A stretch of DNA of 39,193 nucleotides. It comes from an uncultured bacterium (GTDB taxonomy: Bacteria; CAYJRR01). Made by a program: the position numbers and the translations under genes. The notes below the pieces were generated by a model. It had not been told where the DNA came from and did no database searches. It saw only the letters and a program-made list of their open reading frames with translations. Below, piece after piece: positions 18,426 through 27,501 of this stretch (the stretch's first letter is position 1; each line of letters opens with the position of its first letter). The stretch lies in contig CAYJRR010000029.1 in the NCBI GenBank assembly GCA_964372275.1, positions 1 to 39,193 on the forward strand, written 5' to 3'.

Positions 18426-20234
18426 TTGAGCCAGGAAAAGTTGGACGTCAACCAGGTCGTCTCGATCCCCCTCGTCTTCACGATCTACAAAGACGGGGCG
18501 GAGACCGGGAAGGTCGAGTTCAACCAGCGGTCGATCCTCGTGGGTCGCGGCGACGCCGCGAATCTCCACATCGACGACCCGAAGGCGTCGAAGCTGCACG
18601 CCGTCATCGACATCACCTCCGAGGACGACATCCACATCCTCGACCTCGGCTCGACCAACGGGACCAAGGTCAACGGGGAGAAGGTCCACCGCCAGAAGAT
18701 CAAGGTCGGCGATGAAGTCACCGTCGGACGCACCTCCTTCACCTTCGCCGTGCGCGAGTTGCACGAGGAGGAGGAGAAGTCGGTCGAGCGGTTCGCCGCG
18801 ACCTTCGAGTCCTACTTCAACGAGCAGCCCGAGGAGGGGGAGGACAAGCTCAAAGGGGCCGACCGCCGCAAGGTGATCGAGGTCGCCCAGATCTGGGGCG
18901 ACTCGATCATCCAGATGACCCACTTCATGCGGCCGGAGAAGGTGACGCTCGGGGAGTCCGAGCTCTGCAACTTCTTCGCGCCGGTCGAGGTGCTCCCCGG
19001 GGACGAGTTCCCGATCGTCCGCAACATCGAGAAGGACTACTTCCTCCAGTTCACGGAGCTGTTCGCCGGCCACGTCGAGATCGGCGGACAGGTGACGCCG
19101 CTCCAGTCGCTCGTCGAGTCCGGGGCCGCGGTCAAGGTCAAGGACGGCAACTTCGACGTCCTCCGCTACAAGATCGATCCCGAGGCGCGGGTGCGCGTCG
19201 AGTTGGGGAGCCTCACCTTCCTGATCCAGCGCGTTCGTCCGGCGAAGACCGTTCCGGCGGATTTCTGGAAGCAGCTCGACTACCGCTTCGTCGGCGTCTT
19301 CGGCGGGCTCATCCTGATCGTGCTGTTGTGGAAACTGGTGCTGTTCGCGCTCAACTTCTTCGGCCTCCTGCTGGCGACGCCGGCGGAGGACCTGACGCGC
19401 AACGAGGACATCGTCGCCCAGCTGGTGGTGATGCCCGAGGTGAAGCCGATCGAGGTTCCGAAGATCCCCAAGAAGAAGGACCCGGGCGGGAACCCCGACG
19501 CCGGCGAGGGACAAAAGGCGCGCGGCGAGGAAGGGAAGCGCGGCCGGCAGGACGCCAAGCAGGAGAACACCCGCGGCGGCGCGTTCAAAGCGCCGACCGA
19601 CAAGGACATCGTCGACGGGGCCGGCGTGCTCGGCGCGCTCACCGCCCAGAACGCCGATCTGAACGCGATCTTCGGCTCGGGCTCGCTCGCCGGCGGCATG
19701 AACGACAACCTCGGCGGTCTGTTCGGCTCCACGACGGCCGACCAGCGCGGTTCCGGGGGCTTGGGACTCAAGGGGGACGGCAAGGGGGGCGGCGGCAATT
19801 CGCTCTCGATCGGCGGCCTCGGCACCAAGGGGCGCGGAACCGGCGCCTCGGGACACGGCTCCGGTGCGGGCGTCTTCGCGAAGAACAAGGGGGACGCGTC
19901 GATCGGGATCGGCGGCGAGGAGACGGTGATCATGGGCTCGCTCGATCCGTCGATCATCGACGCCGTGATCAAGCGCCACATCCAACAGATCCAGTACTGC
20001 TACGAGCGCGAGCTTCCAGCGAACCCCAAGCTCGCCGGCAAGATCGTGGTCAACTTCACCATCGAGGCCGACGGCCGCGTCAGCACCTCGCGGATCAAGT
20101 CGTCGACGATCGAGGAGAAGCGGGTCGACGGCTGCGTGACCGACCGCTTCACCAAGATCCGCTTCCCGCAGCCGAAGGGGGGCGGGATCGTGGTGGTGAA
20201 CTATCCGCTGCTCTTCAAGAGCGCCGGAAACTGA
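18426..20234 (+). CDS. gltG: GltG/PglI-like inner-membrane protein (FHA, TM, Gly-rich linker, TonB-C-like domain)
   Basis: TTG start with AAGGAG RBS; FHA (VGR..SKLH..DLGSTNGT); TM helix; Gly-rich region; C-terminal IQYCYERELPANPKLAGK..FPQPKGGGIVVVNYP. Confidence 0.88.
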   Translation: MSQEKLDVNQVVSIPLVFTIYKDGAETGKVEFNQRSILVGRGDAANLHIDDPKASKLHAVIDITSEDDIHILDLGSTNGTKVNGEKVHRQKIKVGDEVTVGRTSFTFAVRELHEEEEKSVERFAATFESYFNEQPEEGEDKLKGADRRKVIEVAQIWGDSIIQMTHFMRPEKVTLGESELCNFFAPVEVLPGDEFPIVRNIEKDYFLQFTELFAGHVEIGGQVTPLQSLVESGAAVKVKDGNFDVLRYKIDPEARVRVELGSLTFLIQRVRPAKTVPADFWKQLDYRFVGVFGGLILIVLLWKLVLFALNFFGLLLATPAEDLTRNEDIVAQLVVMPEVKPIEVPKIPKKKDPGGNPDAGEGQKARGEEGKRGRQDAKQENTRGGAFKAPTDKDIVDGAGVLGALTAQNADLNAIFGSGSLAGGMNDNLGGLFGSTTADQRGSGGLGLKGDGKGGGGNSLSIGGLGTKGRGTGASGHGSGAGVFAKNKGDASIGIGGEETVIMGSLDPSIIDAVIKRHIQQIQYCYERELPANPKLAGKIVVNFTIEADGRVSTSRIKSSTIEEKRVDGCVTDRFTKIRFPQPKGGGIVVVNYPLLFKSAGN

Positions 20235-20279
20235 CGCGTCCCCATTGACCTGCGCGCGGCGGCACGGTAGGAACCGCCC

Positions 20280-20984
20280 ATGATTCGCTTTGCGATTCTC
20301 CTCGGCGCCCTGACCCCGCTGCTCGCGTCCGGCGACGCGCTCGCGCAGACCCCGAAGCCCGCCGCGGGGGCGCGCGCGGCGAAGCCGACGCCGCCGGAGG
20401 TGGTCCACGGCTTCTACGCCGAGTTCGACTTCGGCACGCTCGTCTATCTCGGCGATGCCGCCGACAACGTCGGGCCGGGCGTGATGGGCGGGTTCGCGGT
20501 CGGCGCCGACGTCGGCCGCTACTTTCGGGTCGAAGGCCGGATGCTGAACGGCACCAACAACAGCACCGGAAAGATCTTCAAGCTCGACGGCGCCTCGCAG
20601 GAGCTGCGCGACACCAATCCCTGCGCCGACGGCGATGCCGACGCCGCCTGCATCCAGACCCCCGACGTGCAGTCGTCGCTCGTCCTCGGGATGGTCAAGG
20701 GGATCTACCCGGTCAACGACCGCGTGCAGTTCCACGCCGCCGCCGGCGGCGGGATGCTGATGGCGAACCCGACGCCGGAACAGATCTTCGCGTTCGATGG
20801 CGAAGTGCAGCTCACCGATCCGACGTCGGTCGAGGCGGGCTCGACGCCGGTCGTCGGCGGGGGTATCGGCGGCGAGTACTACACCCGCATGCGCCACTTC
20901 TCGGTTGGCGGCGACCTGATGGTCTGGAGCGGCGGCGGCGGGCTGATCGTCACGATCTACCCGACCATCAAATACACCTTCTAG
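20280..20984 (+). CDS. gltH: GltH/CglE-like outer-membrane beta-barrel
   Basis: Signal peptide, HGFY, GGEYYTRMRHFSVG and terminal IKYTF beta-signal; syntenic after gltG. Confidence 0.72.
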   Translation: MIRFAILLGALTPLLASGDALAQTPKPAAGARAAKPTPPEVVHGFYAEFDFGTLVYLGDAADNVGPGVMGGFAVGADVGRYFRVEGRMLNGTNNSTGKIFKLDGASQELRDTNPCADGDADAACIQTPDVQSSLVLGMVKGIYPVNDRVQFHAAAGGGMLMANPTPEQIFAFDGEVQLTDPTSVEAGSTPVVGGGIGGEYYTRMRHFSVGGDLMVWSGGGGLIVTIYPTIKYTF

Positions 20985-20988
20985 CGGA

Positions 20989-21363
20989 TCACGCGCCGGC
21001 GGCGCGGGCGATCGGTGCGGCGGCGCGCGCGGCGAGCGCCTGCTTGATCCGCGCGTAGCTCAACTTCCGCGGGTAGGAATCGAGGATCCCCTCTCCCCGC
21101 GCCCAGACGAAGAACGAACGGATCGACGTCAGCTTCTTCGCCTTGCTCCGTTCACCCATGTCCCGGGCGCGCAGGCCGTCGATGAACCCGGCCACCTGCT
21201 CCTCGGTGATCTGGTCGATCCGCGCACTCCCCAGCGCGTCGAGGAACGAGAGGAATTCGCCGACGTCGCGGGTGTAGCTGGCGACGGTGTTCTTGGACTT
21301 GCCGTCGCCGGCCAGGCGCCCCGAGAACCGCTGCACGTACTCCGGATAGCGCGTCCGATCCAT
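20989..21363 (-). CDS. Stand-alone tyrosine-recombinase (XerC/D-like) core-binding domain, no catalytic domain
   Basis: 124 aa from the ATG at 21363: KSKNTVASYTRDVGEFLSFL..ITEEQVAGFI..SKAKKLTSIRSFFVW..EG; ends before any R-H-R-Y catalytic motifs. Confidence 0.75.
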   Translation of the reverse strand: MDRTRYPEYVQRFSGRLAGDGKSKNTVASYTRDVGEFLSFLDALGSARIDQITEEQVAGFIDGLRARDMGERSKAKKLTSIRSFFVWARGEGILDSYPRKLSYARIKQALAARAAAPIARAAGA

Positions 21364-21491
21364 GGCCGTTGGTTCCCCCCGAGCCTTCGTAAATACCGTT
21401 TCCGCGGGAGATCCGTCAACCGGCGTTGCACCCGGACGCGCGGGTCCTAAACGACCTCGGGCGCGACCGTCGAACCGTTTCCGGGGGGTCC

Positions 21492-22316
21492 ATGCGTTCC
21501 GCCAACGTTTCACCGTCCGGGGTCCTCCTGCTCGTCCTGCTCGCCGCGTGCAACGACGGCGGGCTGAAGGACGTGCCGATTCCACCCGACGCACGGATCG
21601 CCGGCAACAGCCGACACTCGCCGCTCGACGAGGCGCGCTTCAGTGGCGAGCGTTCGTCCGGCGAAGAGGCGCCGATCGTCGACTACGCCTGGTCGATCGT
21701 CGCGCGTCCGGCCGGGAGCACGTCGAGTCTGGCGGTCGACCCGACCGACCCGAGGTTCGTCTCCTTCCCGATCGACCTCGCGGGGGCCTACCGGATCCGG
21801 CTCACCGTCACCGACAGCCGCGGGCTCACCGGAACCGACGAGCTTCCGTTCGACGCCGTGCCGTGGCAGGCGATCCACGTCGAGCTCTCCTGGGACACCG
21901 GCGGGACCGACGTCGACCTTCACCTGGTGAACGAGACCGACGGCGGCAGCTTTTTCGTCGAGCCGTTCGACTGCTACTTCGAGAACACCAATCCCGATTG
22001 GGGGGAGCCCGAGTACCGGCCCGACGATCCGTCGATCGACCTGGACGACACCGACGGGTACGGTCCGGAAAACGTCAACCTGGCGCTGCCGCAGGACGAT
22101 CACCGCTACCTCGTCCTCGCCCATCTCTACCGTGACGTCGATGCGGATGGGTCCGGGACGACGACCGCGACCGTCCGGATCTACCTCGACGGCGAACTTC
22201 GCTACGAGACGGCGCAGCCGATGTCGGGGAGCGGCACGGCATGGGAGGTCGCCGCCATCGACTGGCCGGCCGGTTCGGTCACCGGTCTCGGCCGCCTGTT
22301 CGACTTCCCCCGTTGA
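21492..22316 (+). CDS. Lipoprotein, PKD/Ig-like domain plus YfaP/DUF2135-like domain (paralog 1)
   Basis: Lipobox LLAAC; IVDYAWS..RPAGS, GAYRIRLTVTD; VELSWD..DVDLHL, DCYF..PDWG, DLDDTDGYGPENVN. Confidence 0.75.
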   Translation: MRSANVSPSGVLLLVLLAACNDGGLKDVPIPPDARIAGNSRHSPLDEARFSGERSSGEEAPIVDYAWSIVARPAGSTSSLAVDPTDPRFVSFPIDLAGAYRIRLTVTDSRGLTGTDELPFDAVPWQAIHVELSWDTGGTDVDLHLVNETDGGSFFVEPFDCYFENTNPDWGEPEYRPDDPSIDLDDTDGYGPENVNLALPQDDHRYLVLAHLYRDVDADGSGTTTATVRIYLDGELRYETAQPMSGSGTAWEVAAIDWPAGSVTGLGRLFDFPR

Positions 22317-22474
22317 CCCCGGCATCGGCGCGTTCGGCAGGGTGGCTACCATTGGGACACGCACGCGCCAAGGTGGCGCGAAACGAGTCGATGACGGGGT
22401 GCTTTCGGGCCCCCTGTCGACGGAGAAATGATATGAATTCCAATTACCTACGAAAATTGACCGGGCACCCGTTC

Positions 22475-22490
22475 AGGTACGCAACTTGCT
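22475..22490 (+). promoter_or_regulatory. sigma54 promoter candidate
   Basis: AGGTACGCAACTTGCT (GG-N10-GC, TTGCT), preceded by an AT-rich tract at about 22425-22460. Confidence 0.55.
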
Positions 22491-22546
22491 GCCCTGGACA
22501 CCCACCCAATTTCTGTCTCGCGACCCGAACGGGGGGAGGCGTACGA

Positions 22547-23392
22547 ATGATTCTCGAAGCGACTCGGAAGACGGCATCTCTCGCGGCGATGGTCGTGGTG
22601 GTCGCCCTCGGTTCCGGATGCAACGAGAACACGCTCGCCAGCAGCCCCGCCGGCTCGGACCGCCCGGTGGCGGAGATCGAGGGCCAGTCCGAGTATTCAC
22701 CGCTCGATACCGCGGCGTTCGACGGAACCGGCTCCTACGACCCGGATGGCGGTGAGATCGTCGAATACGCCTGGGAGATGCTCGAACGTCCGAGCGGTAG
22801 CAACGCCGAGATCCTTTCGACCGGTGCCGACGGAGGAACGGTCGACTTCTTCGTCGACTTCGCCGGCGACTACACGATCCAACTCACCGTGACCGACGAC
22901 GAAGGGGATACCGGTTCCACGACCTTCGACTTCAGCGCCACGCCGTGGCAGGCGATCCACGTCGAGTTGGCGTGGGACATCGACACGGTCGACGTCGACC
23001 TCCACCTGGTCGACGAGACGGCCGGCGGGACGTTCTACCAGGCGCCGTACGACTGCTACTACGCCAACACCCAGCCGAACTGGGGGGCATCGGGTGCGGC
23101 CGACGATCCGCGTCTCGACATCGACGATGTCGACGGGTACGGCCCGGAGAACATCAATCTCAACGTCCCGATCGATGGACACATCTATCACGTCTACGTC
23201 CACTACTTCTCGGACGACATGCTGGGCTCGACCAACTCCACCGTGCGGATCTATCTCTCGGGGGAGCTGCAGTTCGAACAGGTGATGCTGTTGCAGCAGA
23301 CCGGAAAGGTCTGGGACGTTGCCAAGATCTCGTGGCCCGACGGCGCCATCGACGAGGTCGGAACGATCTTCGACAACGGCAGCCCCTGGTAG
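22547..23392 (+). CDS. Lipoprotein, PKD domain plus YfaP/DUF2135-like domain (paralog 2)
   Basis: GGAGG RBS; lipobox LGSGC; FDGTGSYDPDG..EYAW, GDYTIQLTVTD; VELAWD..DVDLHL, DCYYAN..PNWG, LDIDDVDGYGPENIN. Confidence 0.8.
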   Translation: MILEATRKTASLAAMVVVVALGSGCNENTLASSPAGSDRPVAEIEGQSEYSPLDTAAFDGTGSYDPDGGEIVEYAWEMLERPSGSNAEILSTGADGGTVDFFVDFAGDYTIQLTVTDDEGDTGSTTFDFSATPWQAIHVELAWDIDTVDVDLHLVDETAGGTFYQAPYDCYYANTQPNWGASGAADDPRLDIDDVDGYGPENINLNVPIDGHIYHVYVHYFSDDMLGSTNSTVRIYLSGELQFEQVMLLQQTGKVWDVAKISWPDGAIDEVGTIFDNGSPW

Positions 23393-23775
23393 CGCACCGG
23401 CGCCGCCCGGACCCGAGAATCGATCACGACGCGCCGAACGACTCGTCGAAGGAATCCCGACGCGCGATCGCGGTCGCGGAGGCGTCGGAGGCCGTTCCCG
23501 CGTCCGTCGCGCTCCCGGCTTCGGCTTCGCTCGCGACCACCGCCTCGGGCGCGGACAGGCTGTCACATCGCGGCCGTCACCCAACTTCCCACTCCTGTCC
23601 CCTCGTCGGGCGATTTTCTCAACGAGATCAGGCCTTCTGTTGATGGCACGGATCTTTCGAATTTTCCGCGCCAAGACGGCACGAAAAGGACACCCTGACG
23701 CCCCGTTTTTTTCGATAAGAATCGAGAAGTTATTGAAATCAAAAGCGAACTAATTACGCACTTCCTGTCGCATTG

Positions 23776-23791
23776 CGGCATGAGCGTTGCT
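23776..23791 (+). promoter_or_regulatory. sigma54 promoter candidate
   Basis: CGGCATGAGCGTTGCT (GG-N10-GC, TTGCT), preceded by an AT-rich tract containing an IHF-like AAGTTATTGAAA. Confidence 0.6.
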
Positions 23792-23838
23792 CAACCTCCC
23801 CTGCGCGCGTGGTTCGGGCTCGTGGGTGGGGGGGAACG

Positions 23839-25377
23839 ATGCGGATGCGGATCGTGGAGGCGCTTCTCCTGTCTCTCATCCTGGCGGGATGCAACGATCC
23901 GCCGCTCACCGCCGCCGCGCGCGGACCGGAGATCGAAGTCGAACCGTCGTCGGTGTTGTTCGACGCGGTTTCACCCGGAAACAGCAGCACCAAGACGGTC
24001 CTGGTGTCCAACCGCGGCGGCGGCCGGCTCCTCTTGCAAAGCCTCGCCGTCGGGGGCGAAACACCCGGCGTCTTCCACGTCGATCCGTCGGCCGCCGGCA
24101 GTCTTCCCGTGGAGCTCGGACCGGACGAATCGATCGCGGTGCAGATCGTCTTCGCCCCCGACCAGCCGACCGGCCATGCCGCGGTCCTCACCGTCGGCAG
24201 CACCGATCCGGACCGGCCGGCGGTCGACGTCCCCCTCGCCGTGGGGCTCCTGGCGGCCGACATCGACGCCCAGCCCAACCCCCTCTCCTTCGGGCAGGTC
24301 ACGGTGAATCAGAGCGCCTCGCAGGACGTGACGGTGACCAACGTGGGCGGCGCCGATCTCCACGTCGACGACGCCGCCTTGAGCGCCGGCTCCTCGGCCG
24401 CCTTTCAGGTCGACGCCGGAAGCCTGCCGGCGACGCTCGGACCCGGCGAGTCGCTGACGCTCCCGGTCACCTTCTCGCCGACCAACACCGCCGCCGCGAC
24501 CGGGACGCTCGAGATCACCAGCGACGATCCCGACGAGCCCACCACCGCGGTCCCCTTGAGCGGCAACGGCACGGCGCAGGCGGTCCCGGACGTCAACGCG
24601 TCGCCCTCGTCGATCAACTTCGGCCAGGTGCAGCGTCTGACGTGCGCGAACCGCACCACCAGCGTCCAGAACACCGGAACGGCGACGCTCAACGTCTCGA
24701 ACATCACCCGGGCGATCTTCACCAGCACCGAGTACACCGTGAGCCCGACCAGCTTCACCGTCGCCCCGGGCGGCGCGCAGACGATCACCGTCACCTACTG
24801 CCCCCTGGACACCGGCGTCGACTTCGGGAGCCTGAACGTCGCCTCCAACGATCCCGACGAGAACCCCTACTCGATCGGCCTCTACGGTGAAGGGGTCCCG
24901 CCGCCGGTCAACCAGACCGACATCGCCGTGCAGATCACCTGGGACAAGAACGACACGGACATCGACACCCACTTCCTTCGCCCCGGCGGATCGTTCAACA
25001 ACATCCCCGGCGATTGCTACTACCTCAACATGAGCCCCGACTGGGGGGTGCAAGGGGACCCGACCGACGACCCCTACCTCGACTACGACGACGTCGACGG
25101 GTACGGACCGGAAAACCTGAACTTCGCCAAGGTGGCGAGCGGCACCTACAAGCTGATCGTCTACTACTACTCGGACCACGGTCAGGGCTCGACCAAGGTG
25201 ACGGTCAAGGTCTGGCTGAACGGGTCGCTCGCCTACACCAGCTCCCCGAAGACGCTGAGCCACCACCAGCGCTGGGACCTTATGAACATCACCTGGAACT
25301 CCGGCACCGACAGCGGAACGATCTCGATGATCGATACCGTGACGCAGATGTTCGCCTTCGGTCCCGATTCCAAGTAG
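23839..25377 (+). CDS. Lipoprotein with three ASH/choice-of-anchor-D-like Ig domains plus YfaP/DUF2135-like domain (paralog 3)
   Basis: Lipobox ILAGC; three repeats of P..L.FG.V...V.N.G...L..L.PG.S...V.F.P..L...S.DPD.P; C-terminal QITWD..DIDTH, DCYYLN..PDWG, LDYDDVDGYGPENLN. Confidence 0.8.
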   Translation: MRMRIVEALLLSLILAGCNDPPLTAAARGPEIEVEPSSVLFDAVSPGNSSTKTVLVSNRGGGRLLLQSLAVGGETPGVFHVDPSAAGSLPVELGPDESIAVQIVFAPDQPTGHAAVLTVGSTDPDRPAVDVPLAVGLLAADIDAQPNPLSFGQVTVNQSASQDVTVTNVGGADLHVDDAALSAGSSAAFQVDAGSLPATLGPGESLTLPVTFSPTNTAAATGTLEITSDDPDEPTTAVPLSGNGTAQAVPDVNASPSSINFGQVQRLTCANRTTSVQNTGTATLNVSNITRAIFTSTEYTVSPTSFTVAPGGAQTITVTYCPLDTGVDFGSLNVASNDPDENPYSIGLYGEGVPPPVNQTDIAVQITWDKNDTDIDTHFLRPGGSFNNIPGDCYYLNMSPDWGVQGDPTDDPYLDYDDVDGYGPENLNFAKVASGTYKLIVYYYSDHGQGSTKVTVKVWLNGSLAYTSSPKTLSHHQRWDLMNITWNSGTDSGTISMIDTVTQMFAFGPDSK

Positions 25378-25404
25378 GGACCGGTGGGGGACTCCCCCCG
25401 CCTC

Positions 25405-26955
25405 CTACCACCGCGCTTCGTGGGGGACGACGACCACGGCCGGAACCCGGTCGAGGATCGTGCCGTCCAGGCCACGGAGCAGGATCGAAAACCGATAGAT
25501 CCGGTCCTCGCGGCCGCTGGTGATCCGCCCGACCAGCGTGACGTCGAACGATACGGTCTCGCCGGGATGGACCGAGTCGATGCGCGGCGGCTCCGATCCC
25601 GCGACGAACTCCCACTTGTCGCCGTCGACGCCGATCCCCACGTCGAAGGTGGTCGACGTCAGCATCTTCACGATCCCGTCGGTCACCGCCTCGGGCAGTC
25701 CGGCTCCGTCCGACTCCACGGAATAGACGAGCAGGTCGTCGGCGGCGCCGTCGCCGTCACGGTCGGCGATGGCGCCGGTCTCCCGCGCGATGTCCCGCAT
25801 CTGCTCCACCGGCGGCACGCCGCTCGCCACCCCGATCACGTGTACGCCGATCGATCGCAGCGCATCGATCGCGGCGAGGCGTCCGGCCGGGGGCGTCCCG
25901 GCGTTCCCGAGCGACCACCCGGCGTCGGGATCGTGGAACGGCGCATCGCTGGCGTGCACGGCGAGGCGAAAGACCCCTTCCCGGAATCCGATCCCCCCTT
26001 CCAAGCCGAACCCCGGACTGTCGGGATCGAAGCTGCCGGTCACGCGACCTCCGAACGCGTCGATCGTGGTGGAGAGGAACGGCCGCACGTCGGCCGTCTG
26101 GCGGGCACGATCGCCGTTCAGGTCGAACCCCCGACCGAGGGCGAGCTGGTAGAGCGCCTCGTACTGCGACTCCGGGTAGTCCCCACCTCCCGACGCGTGG
26201 AGCTCGGACAGCGCCTCGAAGACGCGCCCGTCGTCGCTGGTGATCTGCTGGCGGAGGCGATACGGCACGTCGCCGCCGCCGCCGTAGGGGGAGACGGCGT
26301 AGTCCCGGTAGTCGGCGACGCCGAACTGCGCGTCGGGAACGTGCAGCGAGACCTCGCGGGCGATGGCGGCGAAGGCATCGCGCACCGCCGCGATCTCCTC
26401 CCCCATCGAACCGGTCGTGTCGATCAGGAACGCGACGTCGACCGCCGGGATCGTGGTACGAAGCTGGACGCGGACTACCTTGGTCGCCCCTTCGCGAAGC
26501 ACCGCGTAGACGCCGTTCGGGATCCGGCCGGCGTCCGCCGGATTCGAGCCGGAGGCCGCCTCCCCGCCGTCGGAGAAGCCGTCACCGTCGGAGTCCGGGA
26601 CGCCGGGATCGGTCTCGTCGCCGGTCGCGGCGGTGCCGTCCGGTCCCAACCGCTCGGACTCGTCGAACGCGCCGTCCCCGTCGGCATCGATGTCGAGGAA
26701 ATCGGGGACGCCGTCGCGGTCGGTGTCGCGCGGGGAGACGCCGTCCCCGGCCTCGTCGGCGTCGGAGTAGCCGTCGCCGTCGCTGTCGTCGTCGAGACGA
26801 TTGGGGATCCCGTCGCCGTCGACGTCGGCCGACCCTTCGTCGACGTCGGCGATCCCGTCGCCGTCGGCGTCGCGAGGCGAACGCCCTTTGTCACCGCCTC
26901 CACAGGCCAACGCCAGCGCCGCCGCCGCGCAAGAAAACAGACGCCAAGGCCGCAT
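25405..26955 (-). CDS. Lipoprotein with DxDxDG (thrombospondin type 3-like) Ca-binding repeats and a VWA domain; CglD-like architecture
   Basis: ATG at 26955, lipobox ALAC; DADGDG, DVDGDG, DSDGDG, DTDRDG repeats; MIDAS motif [33 protein letters not shown]. Confidence 0.8.
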   Translation of the reverse strand: MRPWRLFSCAAAALALACGGGDKGRSPRDADGDGIADVDEGSADVDGDGIPNRLDDDSDGDGYSDADEAGDGVSPRDTDRDGVPDFLDIDADGDGAFDESERLGPDGTAATGDETDPGVPDSDGDGFSDGGEAASGSNPADAGRIPNGVYAVLREGATKVVRVQLRTTIPAVDVAFLIDTTGSMGEEIAAVRDAFAAIAREVSLHVPDAQFGVADYRDYAVSPYGGGGDVPYRLRQQITSDDGRVFEALSELHASGGGDYPESQYEALYQLALGRGFDLNGDRARQTADVRPFLSTTIDAFGGRVTGSFDPDSPGFGLEGGIGFREGVFRLAVHASDAPFHDPDAGWSLGNAGTPPAGRLAAIDALRSIGVHVIGVASGVPPVEQMRDIARETGAIADRDGDGAADDLLVYSVESDGAGLPEAVTDGIVKMLTSTTFDVGIGVDGDKWEFVAGSEPPRIDSVHPGETVSFDVTLVGRITSGREDRIYRFSILLRGLDGTILDRVPAVVVVPHEARW

Positions 26956-27025
26956 CGTGACCTCCACCCGCTGGCTGGAGACGGTAGGCCGGAGATGCGC
27001 GGAGTCGAGCCGCGCGGCGGTTGCG

Positions 27026-27499
27026 CTAACCGGGGCTGCCCGGCGCGGCGGGGACTCCGGTGCCCGCCGGCGCCGCCGGGGGGGCCATGTTGGTGCGGTC
27101 GGTGACCAGGCCGATCTTCTTCACCCCGGCGCCGCGGGCAATGTCCAGGACCTTCACCGTCTCGCCGTAGTTGGTGCCGTCCTCGGCGTCGAAGAACAGA
27201 ACGCGGTCGGCGGTGGCCCGCCCCTGGTAGATCGCCTCCAGGCGCTGCGGCAGGTCGGCCGTCGGCACCGGCTCCATGTTCAGGTAGACCACCAACTCCT
27301 TGGTCATCACCAGCACCACCTGGTTCTTCGGCACGTCCTCGGGGACGATCGCCTCCTCCGACCGATCGGGGATGTTGAGGTCCATCTCCTTCACCATGAT
27401 CGGCGTGATCACCATGAAGATGATCAGCAGCACGAGCACGATGTCGATCAGCGGGACGACGTTGATGTCGGCGGCGCGCGTCGATCCGGTTCCGGCCAT
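27026..27499 (-). CDS. exbD: ExbD/TolR-family protein
   Basis: [23 protein letters not shown] with the conserved TM Asp; [15 protein letters not shown]. Confidence 0.9.
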   Translation of the reverse strand: MAGTGSTRAADINVVPLIDIVLVLLIIFMVITPIMVKEMDLNIPDRSEEAIVPEDVPKNQVVLVMTKELVVYLNMEPVPTADLPQRLEAIYQGRATADRVLFFDAEDGTNYGETVKVLDIARGAGVKKIGLVTDRTNMAPPAAPAGTGVPAAPGSPG

Positions 27500-27501
27500 T
27501 T

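Noticed and set aside
23430-23580. Coding-like minus-strand frame (..SLSAPEAVVASEAEAGSATDAG..SFDESFGAS*) between paralogs 2 and 3
   Set aside because: Under 60 codons, with no in-frame ATG and no start codon near its 5' end, which is bounded by an upstream stop; cannot be supported as a gene.
23644-23659. TGGCACGGATCTTTCG as a sigma54 promoter
   Set aside because: It lacks the -12 GC, and a better-matching element lies at 23776-23791.
429-25377. Genome-wide TAG reassignment (alternative genetic code)
   Set aside because: TAG ends several genes at natural C-termini (gltH beta-signal, response regulator, ADYC 4 nt before the next gene), so global recoding is unsupported.
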